Assembly: GCA_018399355.1 (NCBI GenBank)
Contig: JAGYOA010000003.1
Span: 1-35,094, forward strand
Reading direction: 5' to 3'
Source: Candidatus Woesearchaeota archaeon
GTDB taxonomy: Archaea; Nanobdellota; Nanobdellia; Woesearchaeales; CG1-02-33-12
Length of the DNA stretch: 35,094 bases
Each line of letters opens with the position of its first letter. Positions within the stretch are counted from its first letter, which is position 1. This document shows positions 26,872 to 35,094 of this stretch, piece after piece. The translations under genes and the position numbers were made by a program. The notes below the pieces were generated by a model, which saw nothing but the letters and a program-made list of their open reading frames with translations, did no database searches and was not told the DNA's origin.

Positions 26872-27738
26872 ATGAAAGCTTATCTTGATATAATTAAGAG
26901 TATTATTGATAAAGGAGTTCTTAAGAAAAATCGTACAGGGGTTGACACCATTGCAGTTGCAGGGGTTATGTTTGAGCATGATATGAAAGATGGTTTTCCT
27001 CTTTTAACAACAAAAAGTGTTCCTTTAAGGTTAGTTGCTTCTGAGCTTGAGTTCTTCATAAAAGGAATAACAGATAAAAGATGGCTTCAGGAAAGAAACA
27101 ATCATATCTGGGATGAGTGGTGCACTCAAAAAAAAGTGCCTTACAACCATGATGAGGAAACAAAGAAAAAAATGTCTGAAGAGCGCGACCTTGGGCCGAT
27201 ATACGGATGGCAGTGGCGAAATTTTGGTGCAAAGTACGATTCTTTTGATAAAGAGCCAGTTGGAAATGGAATAGACCAATTAAAAAATCTTGTTGAAACA
27301 TTGAAAAAAAATCCAAACGATAGAAGAATGATTGTTTCAGCTTGGAATCCTGTTGATTTAAAGGATATGGCTTTGCCGCCATGCCATTACTGTTTCCAGG
27401 TTACTGTTATTGACGGCAAGTTAAATCTTTTATGGAACCAGCGCTCTGTTGATGTTGCCTTAGGATTGCCATTTAATATAGCGAGTTATGGTTTGTTATT
27501 GCACTTGCTTGCAAAAGAAACAGGGCTTAAGGAAGGAAAATTAGTTGGTTTTTTAGGAGATACTCATATTTATGTAAACCATTTAGATGGTTTGAAAGAG
27601 CAGATTGAAAGAAAGCCACTTCAACTCCCAAAGATAAAAACAGAAAAATTTACATCAATATTTGAATGGAAATATGAGGATTCAATTGTTGAGGATTACA
27701 ATCATCACCCAAGAATAAAATTTGAGGTTGCTGTATGA
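26872..27738 (+). CDS. thyA: Thymidylate synthase (bacterial-type ThyA)
   Basis: RTGV, FPLLTTK, IWDEW, DLGPIYGWQWR, ALPPCH, QRSVD..LGLPFNIASY, DTHIY; GAGGT SD. Confidence 0.97.
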   Translation: MKAYLDIIKSIIDKGVLKKNRTGVDTIAVAGVMFEHDMKDGFPLLTTKSVPLRLVASELEFFIKGITDKRWLQERNNHIWDEWCTQKKVPYNHDEETKKKMSEERDLGPIYGWQWRNFGAKYDSFDKEPVGNGIDQLKNLVETLKKNPNDRRMIVSAWNPVDLKDMALPPCHYCFQVTVIDGKLNLLWNQRSVDVALGLPFNIASYGLLLHLLAKETGLKEGKLVGFLGDTHIYVNHLDGLKEQIERKPLQLPKIKTEKFTSIFEWKYEDSIVEDYNHHPRIKFEVAV

Positions 27739-28229
27739 AAGATATTATAATAATTGCTGCTGTTGCTGAGAACAATGTTATTGGAAAAGATGGAAAAATC
27801 CCCTGGCATATAAAGGAGGATTTCCAACATTTCAAAAAACTTACAATGGGATGTCCATGCATTATGGGAGACAAAACATATGAGTCACTTCCAATAAATC
27901 CATTACCTGGAAGAGAAAATATCATACTAACCTTTAATAAAGATTATCATCCAGAAGGAACAGTTGTAAAATACTCATTTGAGGAAGCATTAGAGCATTG
28001 CAAAAACAGTGAAAAAATCTTCATAATAGGAGGAGCAAGCATATACAAACAGGGATTGAAGTTTGCAAACAGAATGGAGCTAACAAGAATACATAAAAGC
28101 TATGATGGAGATACTTACTTTCCTGAGTTTGATGAAAATGAATGGATTATTGAGAAAAAGAAAGACCATGGAAAATATTCGTTCATAAGCTATGTTAAAA
28201 AAGGAGGTAATGAAGATGATAAATCTTGA
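27735..28229 (+). CDS. folA: Dihydrofolate reductase
   Basis: [40 protein letters not shown]; ATGA overlap with thyA. Confidence 0.96.
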   Translation: MKDIIIIAAVAENNVIGKDGKIPWHIKEDFQHFKKLTMGCPCIMGDKTYESLPINPLPGRENIILTFNKDYHPEGTVVKYSFEEALEHCKNSEKIFIIGGASIYKQGLKFANRMELTRIHKSYDGDTYFPEFDENEWIIEKKKDHGKYSFISYVKKGGNEDDKS

Positions 28230-29517
28230 TGAGCTTAATAAGTCAGACCATTTAGTTGCAGATGCAGTTAAAATGGAGCTTAACAGGCAGCGCAATTCTG
28301 TTGAATTAATCGCGTCTGAAAACTTTGTTAGCATCCCTGTACTGCAGGCAATGGGAACTTGGCTAACAAACAAATATTCTGAAGGATATCCACACAAAAG
28401 ATACTACGGCGGAAATAAGTTTATTGACATGAGCGAGGACTTGGCAATAGAAAGGGCTAAATTATTATTTGATGCAGAGCACGCAAATGTGCAGCCGCAT
28501 GCAGGAAGCCAGGCCAACATGGAAGTTTATTTTGCACTGCTCAACCTTAAAGATAAAATTTTAGGAATGGACTTATCACACGGCGGCCACCTAACTCATG
28601 GAAGCCCTGTAAATTTCTCAGGAAAGTTTTATGATTTTGTTTCATACGGAATTTCAAAAGAAACAGAAAGAATTGATATGGATGAGGTAAGAAAAATTGC
28701 ATTAAAGGAAAAACCAAAACTGATTTTAGCAGGCTACAGCGCTTATCCAAGGAATATTGATTTCAAGGAATTCAGGGAGATTGCAGATGAGGTTGATGCT
28801 TATTTAATGGCAGATGTTGCTCATTTTGCAGGAATTATTGCTGCAAGAAAGCACATGATGCCCTTTCCTTATTGTGATGTTGTAACAACAACAACACATA
28901 AAACATTAAGGGGACCAAGGGGAGCGATGATACTCTCTATGCAGGAAGACCGCTTAAAGGAAAAATATCATCCTGATTCAAAGAAAAATCTTGCGAGAAT
29001 GATTGATTCTGCTGTCTTTCCAGGAATGCAGGGCGGCCCATTAGATCATGTGATAGCTGCAAAGGCAGTTGCTTTCGGAGAAGCTTTAAAACCCGACTTT
29101 AAGGATTATATAGAGCAAGTATTGAAAAACGCAAAAGCACTCGCAAGTGATTTAATGTATCATGGATTTAAGCTAATAAGCGACGGCACAGACAATCACC
29201 TTATGCTTATTGATTTAAGCAATAAAGATGTTACAGGAAAACAGGCAGAAGCTGCTTTAGATGAGGCAGGAATAACATGCAATAAAAACATGGTTCCATT
29301 TGATGAGAGAAGCCCATTTGACCCAAGCGGAATAAGGATTGGAACTCCTGCAATAACCACCAGGGGATTTAATGAAAATGACATGAAAGTAATTGCAGAC
29401 TCAATGAACAAAATAATTGAGAACATAAATAATAAAGAAATAATTGAAAAGGTAAGGCAGGATATTGTTGAGATTTGCAATGAGCATCCTCTTTATCCTG
29501 AAATAAATCTTGATTAA
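28216..29517 (+). CDS. glyA: Serine hydroxymethyltransferase (bacterial-type)
   Basis: [42 protein letters not shown]; start set at ATG 28216 behind GGAGGT (28210 also possible). Confidence 0.96.
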   Translation: MINLDELNKSDHLVADAVKMELNRQRNSVELIASENFVSIPVLQAMGTWLTNKYSEGYPHKRYYGGNKFIDMSEDLAIERAKLLFDAEHANVQPHAGSQANMEVYFALLNLKDKILGMDLSHGGHLTHGSPVNFSGKFYDFVSYGISKETERIDMDEVRKIALKEKPKLILAGYSAYPRNIDFKEFREIADEVDAYLMADVAHFAGIIAARKHMMPFPYCDVVTTTTHKTLRGPRGAMILSMQEDRLKEKYHPDSKKNLARMIDSAVFPGMQGGPLDHVIAAKAVAFGEALKPDFKDYIEQVLKNAKALASDLMYHGFKLISDGTDNHLMLIDLSNKDVTGKQAEAALDEAGITCNKNMVPFDERSPFDPSGIRIGTPAITTRGFNENDMKVIADSMNKIIENINNKEIIEKVRQDIVEICNEHPLYPEINLD

Positions 29518-29518
29518 T

Positions 29519-30205
29519 ATGAAGGGAAAACTTATTGTTATAGCAGGAACAGACGGAAGCGGAAAAGCAACGCAGGTTAAGTTTCTTGAAGAGAAACTAA
29601 TAAGAAAAGGTTATGATGTTAAAGTAACTGATTTTCCACAGTACGGCCAGAAAAGTGCTGCGCTAGTTGAAGAATACCTTAATGGAAAGTACGGCTCTCC
29701 TGAAGATGTTGGACCTTACAGGGCATCTATATTTTATGCATGCGACAGGTATGCTGCATCATTTAAAATGAAGGAATGGCTTGATGAGGGCAATATAATC
29801 ATTTCAAACAGGTATGTTTCCGCAAACATAGGTCATCAGGGAGGAAAAATAAATGATATCAATGAAAGAAACAAATACCTTGACTGGCTTTTTGACCTTG
29901 AGTTTAATATTTTTGGGATTCCGAGGCCAGACAAAAACATACTTCTTTATGTTCCACCTGAAGTAAGCCAAATGCTTGTTGACCAAAAAGACTTAAGAGA
30001 ATACATAGAGAACGGAAAAAAAAGAGACATACATGAGGAAAACTTAAATCATCTTAAGAATGCTGCTGATGCTTATCTTTATGCTGCTGAAAAATACAAC
30101 TGGGATAAGATTGAATGTGCGCCTAATGGAAAACTCAAAACAAAAGAAGAGATTTCAGAAGAAATTTGGGAAAAGGTAATTGATCTGATTAAAACTGATT
30201 CTTAG
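29519..30205 (+). CDS. tmk: Thymidylate kinase
   Basis: GTDGSGKATQ P-loop, DFPQY, YACDRY, SNRYVSAN, DIHE; ATG 29519 follows the glyA stop. Confidence 0.9.
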   Translation: MKGKLIVIAGTDGSGKATQVKFLEEKLIRKGYDVKVTDFPQYGQKSAALVEEYLNGKYGSPEDVGPYRASIFYACDRYAASFKMKEWLDEGNIIISNRYVSANIGHQGGKINDINERNKYLDWLFDLEFNIFGIPRPDKNILLYVPPEVSQMLVDQKDLREYIENGKKRDIHEENLNHLKNAADAYLYAAEKYNWDKIECAPNGKLKTKEEISEEIWEKVIDLIKTDS

Positions 30206-30240
30206 ATAGATTTATAAATTTCTTTATTAAGCCAGATAAG

Positions 30241-31434
30241 ATGAAGCTTACAGACATTGATATAAACTCTATTGAAAAAGTCTTATTGGTTGAGAGAAAG
30301 GCAAAGACATTTGGTCTTGAGGGAATAAAAAAATTTCTAAGCTTGATTGGAAATCCTGAAAAAAAATTAAAGATAATCCATGTTGCAGGAACAAACGGAA
30401 AAGGTTCTGTGTGCGCAATGATATCATCTGTTTTAAATGAAGCTGATTTTAACGCAGGTATGTTTACTTCTCCTCATTTAATAAAAGTCAATGAAAGGAT
30501 AAGGATTAATGATGAGCTTATAAGTGATGAGAATTTCAGAAGAATAGCTGATTTTGTTTACGAAAAAGAGAAGGAGAATAACATTAGCTTAACTTTTTTT
30601 GAAACATTGACAGTTATGGCCTTTATTTACTTTAATGAAAAGAAAGTTGATTATGCTATTATGGAAACAGGAATGGGCGGCCGCTTGGACGCAACAAATG
30701 TTTCACAGCCAATAATTTCTGTTATAACAAATATTGGTTTAGAGCATAAAGATGTTTTGGGCAATACAATAAAAGAGATTGCAAATGAAAAGGCGGGAAT
30801 CATAAAGTCAAATACAACAATTGTTACAAGCGCAAAAGGAAAAGCGCTTTCTGTTATTGAGAATATTGCTGAGAAGCATAACTCAAAACTTGTTGTTGCA
30901 AAAAAACTTAACAATATTGAGTTAAGATTAAAAGGAGAGTATCAAAAAGAGAATGCCTCAACTTCATATGCAGCTTTAAAGGAGATTGGTTTAAAAGAAG
31001 ATGTAATATTAAACGGGTTGAAGAAGGCTTACTGGCCGGGCCGTTTCGAGTTCATAGGTGGAAATATCTTACTTGATTGCGCCCACAATCCAGACGGAAT
31101 AAATGCTCTTGTAAATTCTATAAAAAGGCTTGAGTACCATAATCTTATAGTTGTTATTGGAGTTATGAAAGATAAGGATATTAGTTCAATTGAAAAAAAG
31201 CTTGAAAAACTTAATCCTTTTGTTATTGCAACAAAGGCCTCTGTATCAAGGTCAAAAGAGCCAGAGGAAATTGCAAAATATTTTGAAAATGCAGTGGTTA
31301 TACCTAACTTAAAAGATGCAATAAACCACTCTATTGAAAAAGCTGAAAAAAATGATCTTGTGTTAATAACAGGCTCAATCTTTGTTGTTGGAGAGGCATA
31401 TCCTTTTCTTACTAAACATTTAAATAAACTGTAA
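30241..31434 (+). CDS. folC: Folylpolyglutamate synthase / dihydrofolate synthase
   Basis: IHVAGTNGKGS, FTSPHL, ETGMGGRLDATN, EKAGII, WPGRFE, DCAHNP, TGS; own TTTATAAA box at 30211..30218. Confidence 0.95.
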   Translation: MKLTDIDINSIEKVLLVERKAKTFGLEGIKKFLSLIGNPEKKLKIIHVAGTNGKGSVCAMISSVLNEADFNAGMFTSPHLIKVNERIRINDELISDENFRRIADFVYEKEKENNISLTFFETLTVMAFIYFNEKKVDYAIMETGMGGRLDATNVSQPIISVITNIGLEHKDVLGNTIKEIANEKAGIIKSNTTIVTSAKGKALSVIENIAEKHNSKLVVAKKLNNIELRLKGEYQKENASTSYAALKEIGLKEDVILNGLKKAYWPGRFEFIGGNILLDCAHNPDGINALVNSIKRLEYHNLIVVIGVMKDKDISSIEKKLEKLNPFVIATKASVSRSKEPEEIAKYFENAVVIPNLKDAINHSIEKAEKNDLVLITGSIFVVGEAYPFLTKHLNKL

Positions 31435-31448
31435 TTTTACTTTTTTCT

Positions 31449-32588
31449 ATGAAAGGAATTGCAATAACACACAAAGGATTGGAAGATATAGCTGCCTTGG
31501 AGATTAAGGAGATAATCAAAGCTGAGTCTGAGGTTAAGGAAACAACTGTAGTTTTCAGTCCAAAAAATCTTGTTGATTTGTGCACTCTGGCTTATAAGGC
31601 ACAGTCTTTGATAAAAGTTCTTTATCTTTTTGACATTTTTAAGGTTAAGAATGATGAAAAATCAATTCTTGATAAAATCAAAAAAAGCGTTGAAAAGATT
31701 GATTTTAAAGAGTGGTTAGATAAAGAAAAGACATTCAGGGTTTCATGTAAACATGTTGAAAATGAGATAAGCAGCCAGGAAATAGAAAAGGAAACAGGAG
31801 CTATTTTAATAGACAAGATACAAAAGACAGGTAAATACGACCAAAAGGTTGATCTTGATAATCCTGATGTCATATTTTACATTTACATTTATGAAAACCA
31901 ATGTTACATTGGAATTGATTTCTGCGGTTTTGACTTAAGCAAAAGGGATTATAAAGTTTTCAGCAATCCAGCTGATACAAAAGGAACAATATCATACTCT
32001 GTTTTAAGGATTGCAGAATATAAAAAATCAGATACATTGCTTGACCCTTTCTGCAGCTCAGGAACTATTCCGATTGAGGCAGCCTTGTTTAAGCTTGGCT
32101 CTGTGAATTTTTACAGAAAAGACAGGTTTGCTTTTTTAAAACTTAAGCAGTTTGAAAATCATGATTTCAAAAAATTATTTAGCAATGAATATGATGAAGA
32201 AAAACCAAACATACTTGCATCTGATGAAAGGCTTTACAACATGAGGGCAGCAAAAAAGAACGCAAAAATAGCTTCTGTTAATAAAATGATTGAGTTTTCA
32301 AAAATTGATGTTGACTGGCTTGACACAAAGTATGAAAAACAAAGCATTGATTTAATAGCAACAAAACCAATTTTCCTTAAGTATGAACTTGATAAGACAA
32401 AAAAAATTTATGATGGATTTTTTTATGGCGCAAAATATATTCTTAAGAATAAGGGAAAAATAGTAGTCATTTCAAAGGGAGATGATTTAATAGAAGAGAT
32501 ATCTAAAAAACATGGATTTAATATTTGCCATGAAAGAGTTGTTTTTCAGGGCAGTCAGCAGCTTAAGGTAACTGTTTTTCAAAAATAA
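31449..32588 (+). CDS. THUMP-domain RNA methyltransferase (Trm14/RlmL-like)
   Basis: GLEDIAALE, TFRVSC, KVDLDNPD, DLSKRDY, LLDPFCSSGTIPIEAA, AKKNAK. Confidence 0.85.
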   Translation: MKGIAITHKGLEDIAALEIKEIIKAESEVKETTVVFSPKNLVDLCTLAYKAQSLIKVLYLFDIFKVKNDEKSILDKIKKSVEKIDFKEWLDKEKTFRVSCKHVENEISSQEIEKETGAILIDKIQKTGKYDQKVDLDNPDVIFYIYIYENQCYIGIDFCGFDLSKRDYKVFSNPADTKGTISYSVLRIAEYKKSDTLLDPFCSSGTIPIEAALFKLGSVNFYRKDRFAFLKLKQFENHDFKKLFSNEYDEEKPNILASDERLYNMRAAKKNAKIASVNKMIEFSKIDVDWLDTKYEKQSIDLIATKPIFLKYELDKTKKIYDGFFYGAKYILKNKGKIVVISKGDDLIEEISKKHGFNICHERVVFQGSQQLKVTVFQK

Positions 32589-32627
32589 ATCAAAAGGTTT
32601 ATAAATAATATTTATTAAGGAGATAGT

Positions 32628-33398
32628 ATGGAAAAAAGAGGTCAGGTAAGCATATTTATAATCATTGGATTTGTTTTTATCATCACTATATCCTTGTTTT
32701 TTTTAATAAGGAACACCAATTTAAAGTTTGGCTTTGCAGGTTCCCCTGACACAAGGCCGATAGAACACTACATTGAGCTTTGCATAAAATCATCTGCTTC
32801 TGATGCTATTTATCTTGCAGGTATGCAGGGCGGCTACACAACAACTCCAAATATTTACTTTGAGTCAGGTTATGCAAGAACAGCATACTGGTATAATCAA
32901 GGAGAAGACACTTCTCCTAATGTAGAAGAAATAGAACAGGAGCTTTCATCTTACATAAACAATGTTTTGCCTGACTGTATTGAGAGCCTTAGGATTTTTG
33001 AGGATATGGGATATGAATTTGAGTTTGGAAACCTTAACACAGAAGCAACCATATATGAAAACAAAGTTGATTTTAATATTCAATATCCTATAAAAATAAA
33101 GAAAGGAGAATCAATTTCAGAGATAAAAGATTTTCAGCAAAGCTTTGATGTGAGGCTCGGGCATATAATTAATATAGCAAAAGAAATAGTTGAAATGGAA
33201 ATTAATGATCCAGACTGGATAGACATGACTTACATGACAGAGCAGGACATTGATTTTAAGATTTATCCATATGATGAAAACATAATAATTTATTCATTGG
33301 TTGATACTGATTCAAAGATAAGCAACAACCTTGACTTCGTATTTCTTTTTGCTAACCGTTTCAATGAAAGCGGGCAAGCTTTAAATAAAAATGAATAA
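32628..33398 (+). CDS. Class III signal peptide (pilin-like) protein
   Basis: MEKRG|QVSIFIIIGFVFIITISLFFLI; YIELC, GMQGGY, LPDC; promoter CAAAAGG-TTTATAAA at 32591..32605. Confidence 0.8.
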   Translation: MEKRGQVSIFIIIGFVFIITISLFFLIRNTNLKFGFAGSPDTRPIEHYIELCIKSSASDAIYLAGMQGGYTTTPNIYFESGYARTAYWYNQGEDTSPNVEEIEQELSSYINNVLPDCIESLRIFEDMGYEFEFGNLNTEATIYENKVDFNIQYPIKIKKGESISEIKDFQQSFDVRLGHIINIAKEIVEMEINDPDWIDMTYMTEQDIDFKIYPYDENIIIYSLVDTDSKISNNLDFVFLFANRFNESGQALNKNE

Positions 33399-35094
33399 AA
33401 AGAAGATTATTTCCTTAGTGAAAACTCCTTTAATTTTCCTAGTTTTATTCTCTTTGTTGTTGGTTTCTGTTTATGCTCCAGTTTCGCAGGATTTATTAGA
33501 CAAACTTAAAGACAGATATGATATTGATAACCAGGAATCTGATTTAGAAAATGAAGATACTACTTCTAATACTGATTCAGGAGATGCATATGAAAATGAA
33601 GATGATATCCTTAGCGATTTAAATGATGTTACATTAGATGAAGGCAATCTGGATGTTTCAAAATCAACAGGAAGCACTACTCTTTCAAGTGAGGAAATAG
33701 AAACATTAGGACTCAAAAAGATTTTTTCAAAGAATGAGGTTATTAATATTGAGAATGCAAACATTGAGCTAATATCTATTAAGGATGGAATTACAAAAAT
33801 TACATTTGCAAAATCAGACACGGCTAATGAAATAACCTTTGAAGTTAATGGTGAAACACATACAGTAAGTGCTGAAAAGGGAACAGTTGAATGGATTGAT
33901 GGAGAGATGATTTTCAGTGAAGGAGTAACCATTAAAACACAGGATGGAAAATCATTTACATCATTGCAAGAAGGAACAAAAATAAAACTGGGAGAAGTAA
34001 CTGAAGTACAGGGAAAGGCATCTCTTGAATACAAACAGGATTTTTTAGCTGAGATTAAAGTTGTTGGAAAAGATAGTTCTCTTTTCATAGAAAAATCAGA
34101 AAATGAAAAAACAGAATTTACAACTATTGATGGAAAAGATATGACAATAACAACAGGAGAGTTTCACAACAGCGAGGAATGTCAAGGAAACTGCATTTCT
34201 TACAAAGATATGGGGGCATGGAGCAAGGCAAAGATTGACGGCAATGTACTCTTTGTTAAATATACTGGAGATGAAAAAAGAACAGTAAGGTTTGAGGATA
34301 AAAAGGTTTATCTTTACTCAAAGGACGACCTTAAAACATTTCAGAAAGAGTATGATTTTGTTCAGAAAATGGTAATAAATTACAACAATGGCATACCTGT
34401 AGTAGTTGAAAATACAGGAGAGGTCAAGACAGATACATATGAATTTTATGATGAGCAAAATCCAGAAAAAGTTGTTGTTGAAAATCAAGATACACCAATA
34501 CCTGAAACTCAAAACCCACAAACCCAAAAAGTTACTGAAGGACAACTTACAGAGTTTGAAAATAAGGCAAAAACTGTGATAATAAACGGAGAGTCCCTAT
34601 ATGACAAGGTCACAGAAATCTACAATGAGTATGAAGGAGGAGATATTTCCAAACAATTGTTTATTTCATTAATAGAAAAAGAATCTTTAATGGATGAAGA
34701 GGGAGCATATTATTATTCTTATGGATTAACCCAGTCAACATTAAGCTCGGTAAAAGATTTGATATTAAATGAGCCAGATGAATACAGCAAATACAAGGAT
34801 TACAGCGATGAGGAGATTGTTAACCTGCTTAAGTCAGACCCAGTTTTTAATTTAAGAGCAGGATTTGATTATCTTAAACGAATTGAGGAACATTATGGAA
34901 GATCTTACGGCTTTTCAGAACCAAAGCAAACATATAATTATGATGGTGATGAAGTTGATATTTACCTCCTGGCTTACAATGCAGGCCCAACAGTAACAAA
35001 CAAGCTAATGAAATCATTCAATGAAGAAGGGGGAGGAGACTGGGAAGACTTAAAGATATTCATTAATTCAGATAAAGGAGTATCAATCCTTGGG
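33391..35094 (+). CDS. Secreted protein with lytic transglycosylase (SLT)-like domain; 3' end outside window
   Basis: Open frame of 568 codons without a stop, read by hand; signal peptide MNKKKII...VSVYA; LFISLIEKES (E431), YGLTQ, DPVFNLRAGFDYL, LLAYNAGP. Not in the ORF track because it lacks a stop. Confidence 0.85.
   Translation, partial: MNKKKIISLVKTPLIFLVLFSLLLVSVYAPVSQDLLDKLKDRYDIDNQESDLENEDTTSNTDSGDAYENEDDILSDLNDVTLDEGNLDVSKSTGSTTLSSEEIETLGLKKIFSKNEVINIENANIELISIKDGITKITFAKSDTANEITFEVNGETHTVSAEKGTVEWIDGEMIFSEGVTIKTQDGKSFTSLQEGTKIKLGEVTEVQGKASLEYKQDFLAEIKVVGKDSSLFIEKSENEKTEFTTIDGKDMTITTGEFHNSEECQGNCISYKDMGAWSKAKIDGNVLFVKYTGDEKRTVRFEDKKVYLYSKDDLKTFQKEYDFVQKMVINYNNGIPVVVENTGEVKTDTYEFYDEQNPEKVVVENQDTPIPETQNPQTQKVTEGQLTEFENKAKTVIINGESLYDKVTEIYNEYEGGDISKQLFISLIEKESLMDEEGAYYYSYGLTQSTLSSVKDLILNEPDEYSKYKDYSDEEIVNLLKSDPVFNLRAGFDYLKRIEEHYGRSYGFSEPKQTYNYDGDEVDIYLLAYNAGPTVTNKLMKSFNEEGGGDWEDLKIFINSDKGVSILG

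Noticed and set aside
404-34545. Antisense and alternate-frame ORFs in the track (e.g. 404..898, 10386..10838, 16409..16975, 33471..34088, 34318..34545)
   Set aside because: They shadow well-supported genes, have S/F/L/I-rich antisense composition and carry no motifs.

Overview
AT-rich archaeal chromosomal segment. PCNA, archaeal RNase J, an intron-containing tRNA and BRE-TATA promoters show it is archaeal. KRG|Q class III signal peptides, a tandem-HTH regulator, Cys-rich surface proteins and bacterial-type ThyA/FolA/GlyA/GyrA suggest a DPANN lineage, probably Woesearchaeota (inference). Left part: pcn, rnj, tRNA-Leu(CAA) with a 45-nt intron, a radical SAM gene, three mutually similar coiled-coil genes, and upp-uraA followed by a 40-codon pyrD stump. 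Middle: a ~9 kb minus-strand cell-surface locus in two transcription units, each led by a DNA-binding protein. One is an unannotated 49-aa ribbon-helix-helix gene behind eight 10-11-bp-phased TACTA repeats; the other is a tandem-HTH protein. Right part: scpB region, dut, gyrA with a 434-aa LAGLIDADG intein after the catalytic Tyr, a thyA-folA-glyA-tmk-folC dTMP/folate cluster, a THUMP methyltransferase, and a pilin-like gene coupled to a secreted lytic-transglycosylase-like (SLT) gene that runs off the window. Best candidates for new biology: the pilin-like + SLT pair, the RHH/iteron-controlled surface locus, and a tRNA intron resembling a minimal box C/D guide for C34. All calls come from motif reading by eye; no searches were run.
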